A stretch of DNA of 64,000 nt, from positions 1 through 64,000 of the forward strand of contig JBEIPA010000008.1 of the NCBI GenBank assembly GCA_040377305.1, given 5' to 3'. Position 1 is the first letter of the stretch, and the number at the start of each line of letters is the position of its first letter. Below are positions 36,896-46,804 of this stretch, one piece after another. The notes beneath the pieces are model-generated. The model was given only the letters and a program-made list of their open reading frames with translations, was not told the DNA's origin and ran no database searches. Made by a program: the position numbers and the translations under genes. The stretch is from Flavobacteriales bacterium (lineage in GTDB: Bacteria; Bacteroidota; Bacteroidia; Palsa-965).

Positions 36896-37483
36896 ATGAA
36901 TAAAATATGTCTTGCACTGTGTTGTTCGATTGTGGTCTTCACTTCTTGTGGCGAGGATGAAAAGCCTTTAACTCACATCATCACTGGAAATTCTCAATTC
37001 ACAACACAAGAAGCTTTGGACCTCAATTCAGAAGGAATCAACCTTGTCAACTCCGGCGACATTTCCGGTGCGAGATTCAAATTTGAAGAAGGATTAACCT
37101 ATGAACCCAACAATTCAACTCTTTTGGGTAACCTCGGGAATTGCGCTTTGTCCGAACAAGATTACACAACTGCAAAGTCATTCTTTCAGAAATCCATCCA
37201 GGCAGATTCAAACTACCTCAATAGCGTGGTGAACTATGCCAGTATATTGTACGATGAAAATAATGACAGCGCCGTTTATTGGAACCAATACATTCTTAGA
37301 AAAAGCGCTGATGATTCCCAACTTGGACTTGCTAATCTACGACTGGCCTACGATGCTTTCAATCATGATTCGTGCCTGATTGCGCGGATGAGGTATGATC
37401 TAGCCATCATGTACCTGACAAAAGCAAACGTCGATCTCACCGGAGCTGAGAAATTAGGAACAGAACTCGTAAACTGTCAATGA
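36896..37483 (+). CDS. TPR lipoprotein
   Basis: FTSC lipobox; TPR helices. Confidence 0.75.
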   Translation: MNKICLALCCSIVVFTSCGEDEKPLTHIITGNSQFTTQEALDLNSEGINLVNSGDISGARFKFEEGLTYEPNNSTLLGNLGNCALSEQDYTTAKSFFQKSIQADSNYLNSVVNYASILYDENNDSAVYWNQYILRKSADDSQLGLANLRLAYDAFNHDSCLIARMRYDLAIMYLTKANVDLTGAEKLGTELVNCQ

Positions 37484-38400
37484 AACTCGGACGAATCGCC
37501 TTTGCACTCGCATGTTGTGCGAGTTTTAGCTTGTGTTCCTCGGAGCAAGAAACTGAGTCGGTGAAATTTATCGTGCGTTACGATTTCAACAATCCTGAAT
37601 CAACTCAAACTCTTCCCGCAATTCTCAACGAAATTTCCGGACAAACCATTATTGACGACTCTACAATCGCGTGCGTCCAGGACGAGAATGGAATTATTTT
37701 CATCTACGACACGAAGAAGAATTTCATTCGTCAGCAAATCACTTTTGCAGGTGATGGAGACTACGAAGGAATCTGTAAAGTGAATGAAGACTTGTTCATC
37801 CTTCGTAGCGATGGAATATTATATCAAGTTGTGAACTTTTCATCAGCGACTCCGTCTACAATCGAGTTTATCACCGGAATTCCCGCCGATAACAGTGAAG
37901 GTTTGTGTTATGATTCGCTTGGAAATAGATTGCTCATTGCATGTAAGAGCAGAATTGGTGACACCAAAAAAGATAAGGACTTGCGCGCAGTGTATGCCTT
38001 TGATCTAACCGCAAAGCGTCTGGGCAGTGAACCTGCATACCAATTCTCCGTTTTCAAACTACTTGAATTCGCCGAAGTATATGAAATCGAAATTCCCAGC
38101 AAGACTAAAAAGAAAGGAGCGGTTCCGGATTTCAAATTCAAGATGTCTGAGCTTGCTGTTCATCCAATAACACATGATCTCTACATTCTTTCCGCGACAG
38201 ATCATGCGTTGATGGTTTATGGATATGAGCATCAGGATCAGCGATCAGATTATGTTATTCACCTCGAAATGCTGGATGAAAAAACGTTCAACAAAGCAGA
38301 AGGAATATCATTCTACAATAACGGCGATGTACTTGTTACGAACGAAGCGCAGGATAAAAAGCCTACTTTGTTGAAGTTTACATACAAAACCACACCATGA
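37480..38400 (+). CDS. SdiA-regulated/YjiK-like beta-propeller protein
   Basis: LNEISG, QDENG, DYEGI, NSEGLC, KAEGISF, TNE. Confidence 0.8.
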   Translation: MKLGRIAFALACCASFSLCSSEQETESVKFIVRYDFNNPESTQTLPAILNEISGQTIIDDSTIACVQDENGIIFIYDTKKNFIRQQITFAGDGDYEGICKVNEDLFILRSDGILYQVVNFSSATPSTIEFITGIPADNSEGLCYDSLGNRLLIACKSRIGDTKKDKDLRAVYAFDLTAKRLGSEPAYQFSVFKLLEFAEVYEIEIPSKTKKKGAVPDFKFKMSELAVHPITHDLYILSATDHALMVYGYEHQDQRSDYVIHLEMLDEKTFNKAEGISFYNNGDVLVTNEAQDKKPTLLKFTYKTTP

Positions 38401-39110
38401 GCGAAATTCAATTTCTCACATCTCCGCTCATCACGGCAAATCACGCATTCTTTCTTCGTCACGGCGGTGTTTCCCGCGCTCCTTTCGGTTCACTCAATTT
38501 CGGCGGACACGATGACAATCCGCACAACATCAAAATGAATCGTGAGCGAGCGCTGACTTCAGTTGGAATGAATCCCAGCAAAGTTGCACGTCTCAATCAG
38601 GTACATGGTGGCGATGTTCTCGTTGCTCAAGTTGGCTCGCAAACCGGTGATGCACTCGTCTCCAAAGAGCCGGGACTCGTTCTCGCAATCGGAGCTGCAG
38701 ATTGCTATCCGCTCTTGTTTCTGGATGCGAAGAACAATGTAATTGGTGCTGCACACGCAGGATGGAAAGGTACGCTCGCACGAATAGCAAAGAATACGAT
38801 TGAAAAGATGATTACACTCGGTGCTGAGCTCAACGAAATTCGCGTTGCGATCGGCCCCGGAATTTGTCGCGACAATTACCAAGTAAGTGAAGAAGTAATT
38901 GCAAACTTCATTGCGGCTGGATTTCCGGAAACTGTTCACACCGGAAGGCAACTTGATTTGTTGGCTGCGAATAAATTCGTACTTGCTGAGGCTGGGATTT
39001 CTGAAGATCATATCTGGGCGTTGAATCGCTGTACGACTGAGGAGGATTTTTTCTCGTACCGACGCGATAACGGAAAAACAGGGCGAATGTGGGCATGCAT
39101 TTCTCAGTAG
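38397..39110 (+). CDS. pgeF: Peptidoglycan editing factor / purine nucleoside phosphorylase PgeF (YfiH)
   Basis: GGVS, NQVHG, ADC, HAGWKG, IGPGI, FFSYRR. Confidence 0.92.
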   Translation: MSEIQFLTSPLITANHAFFLRHGGVSRAPFGSLNFGGHDDNPHNIKMNRERALTSVGMNPSKVARLNQVHGGDVLVAQVGSQTGDALVSKEPGLVLAIGAADCYPLLFLDAKNNVIGAAHAGWKGTLARIAKNTIEKMITLGAELNEIRVAIGPGICRDNYQVSEEVIANFIAAGFPETVHTGRQLDLLAANKFVLAEAGISEDHIWALNRCTTEEDFFSYRRDNGKTGRMWACISQ

Positions 39111-39223
39111 GCAGTAAGCAGTTGGGCAGTCAGCAGTCACCTCAGATTGTCAATTCTATACTCCTATAAATCAAGTAGCTATATCCTTGACTGCCAACTG
39201 CACTACTGCACGAGTGCCGACTG
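39105..39223. repeat. CAGTAGG/CAGTTGG-family inverted element that includes the pgeF stop
   Basis: CAGTAGGCAGTAAGCAGTTGGGCAGTCA ... TGACTGCCAACTGCACTACTG; same family as 16311-16494. Confidence 0.75.
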
Positions 39224-39254
39224 ATTTTCCCTATCTTCGTCAGCCCCACCACCC

Positions 39255-41576
39255 ATGAAAATCTGGATCAGATTAGGCATCTATTTCATCGTAATCGCAG
39301 CTGCGGCTATGGTGTTTATCGGTGTGCTGTCTTATCATCAGGGAAAAGACGCGCTCGAGAAGGAATCGTTCGACCGATTGACAGCGGTGCGCGAAATGAA
39401 AGCCACGCAAATTGAGGATTACTTCACACTCATCCGCGACCAGGTTACAACGCTTGCGTATGATCCGACAGTTGTAAAAGCCACAGCACTTTTTGAGGAT
39501 GCTTACAACAATGTAGCGACTGACCTGAACATGAATCAGCGCAAAATGATGCGTGTAGATTCATCACTCAACGCGTACTTCGAAAATGTTTACCTCAAAA
39601 AGCTAAATACCAACCTCGATAAGAAAACGTATCTCGCTACGGAGCAATCACCCGATCCAAACTGCAGGATTCTCCAGAACCTGTACATGGTGAATAATCC
39701 GAATCCACCGCTGGAGAAGTATAAGTTGATGTCCGCAAACGACAGCAGCATCTACACGAAAATTCACGAACACTTTCACCCGTTCTTCCTCGAGTATCTT
39801 TCGAAGTTTGGTTACTACGATATTTTTCTCGTTGACGCGCACTCGGGAAATATTGTATACACCGTTTACAAAGAAGTTGATTTCGGCACATCACTCGAAG
39901 ACGGACCATTCAGCAAAACAAACATCGCCGAAGTCTATCGCAACGTGAAAGAACACGGAATGGATTCTGCAGGTTATTACAGCATTGCGGATTACCAACC
40001 CTATCATCCTTCTTACAATCAACATGCAGCATTCATTGGCGCTCCGATTATTCAGCGCGACTCGATGATCGGCGTTCTCATCTTCCAGATGCCGATTGAC
40101 AAAATCGACGATGTGATGACGAACAAGCGAGGATGGAAAGATGTTGGTCTGGGAAGCACTGGTGAAACGTATCTGGTTGGTAGCGATTACAAAATCCGTA
40201 ATCAGTCGCGCTTCCTGATTGAAGACAGCGCTGCGTACTTCAAGATGATTCACGATCTGGGAACGGACGATGCCACCATTCGGAAGATTCGGAATCTGCA
40301 AACATCAATCGGATTGCAGGAGGTAAAAACAAAAGGAACAGAGGCAGCCCTCAACGATAGCACAAGTTCCGAGATCTTCGAAGACTATCGCGGAGTTTCT
40401 GTGTTGTCGGCATATCGTCCCCTCAATATTCCCGGACTGCGCTGGGTGATCATGTCGGAGATCGATGAAGAAGAAGCATTTGCTCCTGTATATGAATTAC
40501 GCTTTCAGATCATCATTGGCTGCGCAATCATTGTTTTACTTTTGCTGGTCGTATCGTATTTCGTGTCGCGAAGTTTCTCCAAGCCACTTGCTATTCTTTC
40601 ACAGGATGCAATTGAAGTGGCCAAAGGAAATTTTGATGTTCAGATTGACATTCATCGAAAAGATGAAATTGGTGTGCTTGCTACTTCCTTCCGTAAAATG
40701 CAGCACTCAATCCGCAAGTTGATCGATGAACTTAAAGACATCAATCAAAATCTCGAGAACAAGGTTGCGGAACGTACGGCAGAACTCAACTTTCAAAAAG
40801 AACTGATCGAAGTCAAGAACAGAGAAGTTGTCGATTCAATCAACTACGCGAAACGATTGCAGCACGCCATTCTTCCCGACTTCGAAGAAATGTATGCAGC
40901 ACTTGGCGATAGCTTCCTGTTGTACAAACCGAAAGACATTGTTTCCGGCGATTTCTACTGGATGTTTGAGGACGGAGATATTCTTCTCACTGCAACAGTA
41001 GATTGTACAGGTCACGGCGTTCCTGGTGCAATGGTAAGCGTAGTCGGTGCAAACAGTCTCGATCGTTGTGTGCGTGAATTCAAATTGCGTAAGCCAAGTG
41101 AGATTCTGGAGAAACTTAGCGACCTCGTCGAACTTACTTTCGCTACAGAACAATACGAAGTGCGGGACGGAATGGATATTTCACTGGTGAGTTACAACCG
41201 AAAAACACGTGAGCTGCAATATTGCGGAGCACACAATCCGCTGTGGATTATCCCTGCAGATGTTGACGAGATTCGCGAAACAAAAGCCGACAAGCAGCCG
41301 ATTGGTAAATACGAATACAGAAAGCCATTTACGAATCATACGTTCCAGTTGAATACAGGCGATTCGATTTATCTGTTTTCAGATGGTTATGCTGATCAGT
41401 TCGGTGGACCACTCGGAAAGAAATTCAAATACAATACGCTCAAAAAACTATTGCTCGACAGTTGTCGCGAACCGATGATGGTTCAACATACGATTCTGGA
41501 TGAGAATTTCGAAAACTGGAGAGGTATGTTGGAGCAGAATGATGATGTGTGTATGATTGGCTTTCGTGTCAGTTAG
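39255..41576 (+). CDS. Cache-type sensor + HAMP + SpoIIE phosphatase
   Basis: TM; periplasmic domain (FGYYDIFL, GLGSTGETYLVG); TM; HAMP (RKDEIG.LA); VSGDFY/DCTGHG/DGMD. Confidence 0.9.
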   Translation: MKIWIRLGIYFIVIAAAAMVFIGVLSYHQGKDALEKESFDRLTAVREMKATQIEDYFTLIRDQVTTLAYDPTVVKATALFEDAYNNVATDLNMNQRKMMRVDSSLNAYFENVYLKKLNTNLDKKTYLATEQSPDPNCRILQNLYMVNNPNPPLEKYKLMSANDSSIYTKIHEHFHPFFLEYLSKFGYYDIFLVDAHSGNIVYTVYKEVDFGTSLEDGPFSKTNIAEVYRNVKEHGMDSAGYYSIADYQPYHPSYNQHAAFIGAPIIQRDSMIGVLIFQMPIDKIDDVMTNKRGWKDVGLGSTGETYLVGSDYKIRNQSRFLIEDSAAYFKMIHDLGTDDATIRKIRNLQTSIGLQEVKTKGTEAALNDSTSSEIFEDYRGVSVLSAYRPLNIPGLRWVIMSEIDEEEAFAPVYELRFQIIIGCAIIVLLLLVVSYFVSRSFSKPLAILSQDAIEVAKGNFDVQIDIHRKDEIGVLATSFRKMQHSIRKLIDELKDINQNLENKVAERTAELNFQKELIEVKNREVVDSINYAKRLQHAILPDFEEMYAALGDSFLLYKPKDIVSGDFYWMFEDGDILLTATVDCTGHGVPGAMVSVVGANSLDRCVREFKLRKPSEILEKLSDLVELTFATEQYEVRDGMDISLVSYNRKTRELQYCGAHNPLWIIPADVDEIRETKADKQPIGKYEYRKPFTNHTFQLNTGDSIYLFSDGYADQFGGPLGKKFKYNTLKKLLLDSCREPMMVQHTILDENFENWRGMLEQNDDVCMIGFRVS

Positions 41577-41608
41577 ATCTCCATCAAAACGAAGGAAAGA
41601 AACCAGAA

Positions 41609-42523
41609 ATGACAATTACAGCAAACAAGAAGATAGTTTTCTCTGGCCACAAAGGTCCGGTTTACACAATCACACCAGGAATTAAAGAAGGAGAAATTCT
41701 CTCCGGCAGCAGCGATCAGCGTTTAGGTTCGTGGAATTTGAGAACAGGTCAGGCTGCTGATTTCAGTGCAGTGATGCCGACGCACATCCTTGCGTTGATT
41801 GCAATTCCTCAGTCGAAAATAATTGTTACCGGCACGAGTGGCGGAACGGTTCACTTTCTTGATCCGATCAACAAGAAAGAAATAAAAGCAGAAAAATATT
41901 TCGACTCGCAGGTTTTCGATTTTGCTATCTGCGAAAAACACCATGTGTTGTTTGCAAGCTCAGGCGACGGTAGAATTATTGTGACCGATCTTAATTCATT
42001 CGAGAAGCTGAAGACTCTCCAACTCAGCAATGAGAAAGTGCGCAATTTCGCCGTTCATCCGGATGGAGATTCAGTTGCAGTTGCAACCAGTAATGGAAAC
42101 GTACACGTGTTTTCACTACCGCTCATGCAGGAAACACATCAATGGAAAGCGCATGACCTGGCAGCAAACTGTGTGTGCTGGCATCCGGCAGGAAAATATC
42201 TTTTGAGTGGTGGCCGCGACGCACATCTGAAAGTGTGGAATCCTGAAAAGAATTTTGAATTGATTCAGGACATCGCCGCACATAACTATGCGATCTACAG
42301 CCTGACGTTTTCTCCGGACGCAAAATATTTTGCCACCGCTTCACGCGACAAAACAGTGAAAGTCTGGAATGCAGACACGCAACAACTTCTCCTTCGTATC
42401 AACAAGGAAAAGCAGGACGGGCATCTAAACTCCGTGAACAAAGTAATCTGGACAAACGAAGGATTGATTTCAACCGGAGATGATCGTGCGATTATTTTGT
42501 GGCATCTGGAAATTCCGGCTTAA
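41609..42523 (+). CDS. WD40 repeat protein
   Basis: GH...W repeats, SGGRDAHLKVW, ASRDKTVKVW; likely ATG at 41609. Confidence 0.9.
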   Translation: MTITANKKIVFSGHKGPVYTITPGIKEGEILSGSSDQRLGSWNLRTGQAADFSAVMPTHILALIAIPQSKIIVTGTSGGTVHFLDPINKKEIKAEKYFDSQVFDFAICEKHHVLFASSGDGRIIVTDLNSFEKLKTLQLSNEKVRNFAVHPDGDSVAVATSNGNVHVFSLPLMQETHQWKAHDLAANCVCWHPAGKYLLSGGRDAHLKVWNPEKNFELIQDIAAHNYAIYSLTFSPDAKYFATASRDKTVKVWNADTQQLLLRINKEKQDGHLNSVNKVIWTNEGLISTGDDRAIILWHLEIPA

Positions 42524-42525
42524 AT

Positions 42526-43944
42526 CTAAGACGCCTCAAATAAGAGATCCATTTTCAGGTCGTTCTGCACATTCCCGGAGTAAGTGTTCAGTTGCAAGCC
42601 AAAAGTAGTAACCATCGTAAGGAATACAGACTTCCTTGTTTGTGTTTCACTTTTGAACGCTCCGATTTTATTTCGAAGCTCGGCATCATACTTTTTATCA
42701 ATCCGGAACGGGCTGATTGAAAATTTCATTTCGCAAATATTTATTACACCATCTCTCCGGTCAATTACAAGATCAATCTGCGCCCCGTTTGACGATAACA
42801 TACTTTTCCAGGAAGATGTTTCTGTTTCAACCCCGCTTATTCCCAATGCCTTTTTGATCTGAGGTAAGTGAGCCAGACAAACCTGCTCGAAAGCATAACC
42901 GCTCCAGGTTCTATGGCTCGGGCTATCGATCATTTTCAACCAGTAATTTTTATCAAACGATTTTTTACCCCTGATAAATTTTATGTGGAACAAGGAAAAG
43001 AAATCGCATAGTTGATACAGACTGTTTCTTGATTTTTTTCCAAATGGGATGTACCGGCGAATGAAACCACTTTCTTCAAGTTCATCCAGTAAACGGGTAA
43101 GACCACCACCATCAGCAAGCCTGCTTCCCACGCTTATTTCAGCACGGGTAAGTCCTCTGGCTTTCTTAGCAAGCGCGGCTACGATGGCTTCATGCCGCTC
43201 AGCTTTCGCAAACAATGATTTAAAAAGATTATCAAACTCGGCAATAAGTAATCCATTGAATTCAAAGCAAACCTTATTGATATTTTGCGCTGCACTGAGC
43301 CCTTTATCTATTGCGTCCCAATAAAAAGGAACGCCACCTAATACCATATAAAGCTGCACCAGTTGGTAATAATCCAAAGTGATCTTTTTATGCTTGAGCA
43401 GTTCTGAACATTCATTCAACGTAAAAGGCTCTATTTTGATTTTTTGAGTAACGCGATTGTGCAGACCACCTTTACCATTGATGAGTGTGTTGATCATCCA
43501 CGAAGCCGCCGAACCGCAAACAATTAATAAAATGTCTTTCCTTCCCGATGCCCAGCTATTCCAAAAGTGTTCCAAAGCAGGAACAAATCCTGCGCGGGCG
43601 GTATCAAACCAAGGTAGTTCGTCAATAAATATTACTTTCTTCTTTCGTTTTGATTTCTCAACAACCTGCCGGATTAGCTGAAAAGCTTCCATCCAGTTAA
43701 CCGGATTTTTACGGCGCTTCTGCGGATGCTGCTCCTGCATGGCCATAGTAAAGTTTGCAAGCTGCTCTTCCAATGTTGCCTGGGCAAGTCCCGTGAGACG
43801 GAACGTAAATTTATTCTCAAATACATTTCTAATCAGGTAGGTTTTACCAATTCGTCGCCGTCCATAAACGGCAACAAATTCAGACCTGCCGGAAGCCATC
43901 TTTTTATTCAGCAGCGAAATCTCCTTTTCTCTCCCTATAATCAT
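42526..43944 (-). CDS. AAA ATPase - winged HTH - PD-(D/E)xK nuclease (archaeal-ATPase/DUF234-like)
   Basis: Start MIIGREKE (43944); GRRRIGKT, FIDE, GGVP, wHTH LDELEESGFI, FEQVC...QIDLVI...ICEMK. Confidence 0.88.
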   Translation of the reverse strand: MIIGREKEISLLNKKMASGRSEFVAVYGRRRIGKTYLIRNVFENKFTFRLTGLAQATLEEQLANFTMAMQEQHPQKRRKNPVNWMEAFQLIRQVVEKSKRKKKVIFIDELPWFDTARAGFVPALEHFWNSWASGRKDILLIVCGSAASWMINTLINGKGGLHNRVTQKIKIEPFTLNECSELLKHKKITLDYYQLVQLYMVLGGVPFYWDAIDKGLSAAQNINKVCFEFNGLLIAEFDNLFKSLFAKAERHEAIVAALAKKARGLTRAEISVGSRLADGGGLTRLLDELEESGFIRRYIPFGKKSRNSLYQLCDFFSLFHIKFIRGKKSFDKNYWLKMIDSPSHRTWSGYAFEQVCLAHLPQIKKALGISGVETETSSWKSMLSSNGAQIDLVIDRRDGVINICEMKFSISPFRIDKKYDAELRNKIGAFKSETQTRKSVFLTMVTTFGLQLNTYSGNVQNDLKMDLLFEAS

Positions 43945-43951
43945 GGCAGCG

Positions 43952-44056
43952 TTATATTTGGCTATAAATGTACCAATAAACATACTTATCGCCAAATAGG
44001 AGATACTTATATTTGGCGATAAGTAGTCCATAATGGGTACTTATAGCCAGATATAA
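43952..44056. promoter_or_regulatory. Four alternating copies of TTATATTTGGC(T/G)ATAAGTAC, a putative operator array
   Basis: Copies at 43952(+), 43983(-), 44007(+) and 44037(-); 55-bp period. Confidence 0.7.
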
Positions 44057-44167
44057 AACACGGCGGAGACAAAGAAATGCGACAGAAAAATGGAGATGGA
44101 GTCGAATCTCTCCGGTCGGCCTTGATTATAGTTGATCCGGTAAGCCCGGAAGTTATCTCTTAAAATG

Positions 44168-44205
44168 TCAAAACGCCAGGCGGTTTAACCTACCTGACGT
44201 TTTGA
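44168..44205 (-). terminator. Hairpin downstream of recQ
   Basis: TCAAAACGCCAGG/CCTGACGTTTTGA stem. Confidence 0.7.
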
Positions 44206-44224
44206 AAGTAAAATATACTACGAT

Positions 44225-46432
44225 CTAGTTCCCGAATTCAGAAATGAATTTGATTCTCATCAACCTTACTTCTTCCTCCGAGTAGTCTTCTTCTCCGAGT
44301 TCATCAAGAGCGGCGTCAATTGAATCGTCTTCTGCTTCGCGGAAATAATCTACAATCTCTTCCTGCTTCTCCTCGTCCATCATCTCGTCGATATAATAGT
44401 TGATGTTCACACGAGTGCCGGAACTTACGATTGCTTCGAGCTCTGTGATAATATCTTCGATCTTGAGTCCCTTTGCTTCTGCAACGTCTACAAGATCCAG
44501 CTTGCGGTCAATGCTTTGAATGATGTGAACTTTCAATCCTGATTTGTTCACGATTGATTTCACGATCAGATCCTGCGGACGATCAATTTCATTCTCCTCC
44601 ACATACTTCGCAATCATCTCAACGAAAGGCTTACCGAACTTGGTTGCTTTTCCCTGTCCAACACCCGTGATCTTCGTGAGTTCCTCGATGTTGATCGGAT
44701 ACTGAATTGCCATTTCCTCGAGCGATGTTTCCTGAAACACAACATACGGAGGCAAATTCTTCGAGCGTGCAACTGTGCGGCAAAGATCTTTCAGCATGCT
44801 ATAAAGTTCGGGATCCGCACCGCCACCACGCGCTCCTCCTCCACCTGCTATATCATCATCATCGTCGCTTTCCGAACCTTCATAGTTGTGATCAAGCGTA
44901 ATCATCACGTTCCAGGGACTCGATAAAAACTCTTTTCCTTTTTTCGTGAGCTTGAGCAATCCGTAATTCTCAATGTCTTTCACAAGCATTCCTTCAAGAA
45001 CTGCAGTACGGATAACCGCATTCCAATAAGATTCCTCCTTCTGGTCGTCGATTCCTTTTCCGAAAACTTCCAGGTTGTCGTGCTTGTATGATTTCACTGT
45101 TGCTGTAACAACACCAGTGAGAATATGAATGATATGCTTGTCTTTGAATTTCTCTTTTACTTCAGAAACAGTTTCGAGTACCAATCCGATATCGTCTGTT
45201 GCATCGAACTTCTGTTTCGGATTCTTGCAATTGTCGCACTGCCCGCAATTCTCCTGCTCGTAGTTTTCACCGAAATAGTGAAGAATCACTTTACGGCGAC
45301 AAGCCGATGATTCTGCGTATGCAACCGTCTCCAGCAAAAGCTGCTTTCCGATTTCCTGTTCAGCAACCGGCTTGCCTTTCATGAATTTTTCCAGCTTCTG
45401 AATATCCATATAGCTGTAGAATGTCAAACACTGCCCTTCTCCTCCATCGCGACCTGCACGACCGGTTTCCTGGTAATAACCTTCGAGTGACTTCGGAATA
45501 TCGTGGTGAACAACAAAGCGAACATCCGGCTTATCGATTCCCATTCCGAATGCAATCGTTGCAACAATCACATCGATGTTCTCCATGAGGAAATCATCCT
45601 GCGTTTGCGCGCGCGTACCTGCATCCAGTCCTGCGTGATAAGGAAGTGCTTTGATTCCATTCACCTGCAAAGTTCCTGCAAGCTCTTCAACTTTTTTACG
45701 GCTAAGACAGTATATGATTCCTGACTTGCCGTCATTCTTCTTCACGAACTTGATGATCTCCTTAATCACATTCACTTTCGGGCGAACTTCGTAATACAGA
45801 TTACCGCGGTTGAATGATGATTTATAAATCGTCGCCTCAGTCATGCTGAGGTTCTTGAGAATGTCTTGCTGAACTTTCGGTGTCGCAGTTGCAGTCAAAG
45901 CAATAATCGGAACCTGTCCGATTGCCTCAATGATCGTACGCAGGCGACGGTATTCCGGACGGAAGTCGTGACCCCATTCAGAAATACAGTGTGCTTCATC
46001 AATTGCGAAGAAGGAAATTTTAATCTCGCGAAGAAATGCAACGTTCTCATCCTTCGTGAGCGATTCAGGAGCAACGTAAAGCAATTTTGTTTTTCCTGAA
46101 GTAATATCTTTTTTCACTTTGAGAATCTCAGCTTTTGTAAGCGAAGAATTCATGAAGTGTGCAATGCCATCGTCTGTACCGTGGTTGCGGATTGCATCCA
46201 CCTGATTTTTCATGAGTGCAATCAAAGGAGACACTACAATTGCAGTCCCTTCACTGATCAATGCCGGAAGTTGGTAACACATTGACTTACCACCACCTGT
46301 CGGCATAATCACAAACGTGTCCTTTCCTTCCAGAACGTTGGTAATAATCTCTTCCTGCTGACCTTTGAATTTGTCGAAACCGAAGTACTTCTTCAGTTCA
46401 TCAGACAACACAAGGTTTTCCGTATCATTCAT
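44225..46432 (-). CDS. recQ: ATP-dependent DNA helicase RecQ
   Basis: MPTGGGKS, DEAH, TATA, QETGRAGRDG, CRR/CGQCDNC zinc site, RQC, HRDC. Confidence 0.97.
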   Translation of the reverse strand: MNDTENLVLSDELKKYFGFDKFKGQQEEIITNVLEGKDTFVIMPTGGGKSMCYQLPALISEGTAIVVSPLIALMKNQVDAIRNHGTDDGIAHFMNSSLTKAEILKVKKDITSGKTKLLYVAPESLTKDENVAFLREIKISFFAIDEAHCISEWGHDFRPEYRRLRTIIEAIGQVPIIALTATATPKVQQDILKNLSMTEATIYKSSFNRGNLYYEVRPKVNVIKEIIKFVKKNDGKSGIIYCLSRKKVEELAGTLQVNGIKALPYHAGLDAGTRAQTQDDFLMENIDVIVATIAFGMGIDKPDVRFVVHHDIPKSLEGYYQETGRAGRDGGEGQCLTFYSYMDIQKLEKFMKGKPVAEQEIGKQLLLETVAYAESSACRRKVILHYFGENYEQENCGQCDNCKNPKQKFDATDDIGLVLETVSEVKEKFKDKHIIHILTGVVTATVKSYKHDNLEVFGKGIDDQKEESYWNAVIRTAVLEGMLVKDIENYGLLKLTKKGKEFLSSPWNVMITLDHNYEGSESDDDDDIAGGGGARGGGADPELYSMLKDLCRTVARSKNLPPYVVFQETSLEEMAIQYPINIEELTKITGVGQGKATKFGKPFVEMIAKYVEENEIDRPQDLIVKSIVNKSGLKVHIIQSIDRKLDLVDVAEAKGLKIEDIITELEAIVSSGTRVNINYYIDEMMDEEKQEEIVDYFREAEDDSIDAALDELGEEDYSEEEVRLMRIKFISEFGN

Positions 46433-46804
46433 TTAATGGTAAAGTATTATTGGACGGGAGAGTCCGGTGTGTTTTAACTATCAAAGTAAAGATATAATGA
46501 AATTCCTGATCATTCGCTAGTTATTTGTCAGACTAGTGATGCAAATCTATGAGTGGCTTGGAACGCACGATGAGTGAAATTTATTGATTACTCAATATAC
46601 CACATATCATCTGAAAGTGCAAAGAAGAATATCATGAACTTATTCGAAGACGCTAAAATTTGTTTGGTCGATGATCTAATTCACCATAAAAAGGTTCAAC
46701 TATCGAAATACACATGCGATTTTTCACTGCGTTTACACATTTAGAATTGCTTCTGGTGATGTCGGTTTTCATTTAGTAAATTAGCAGCAACTTATTCCTG
46801 GCCC

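Noticed and set aside
43945-44031. N-terminal extension of the ATPase ORF
   Set aside because: It translates the operator repeats; this family typically starts at MIIGRE
46433-46804. Long intergenic region as a possible ncRNA
   Set aside because: No convincing stem or known motif seen; consistent with divergent promoters
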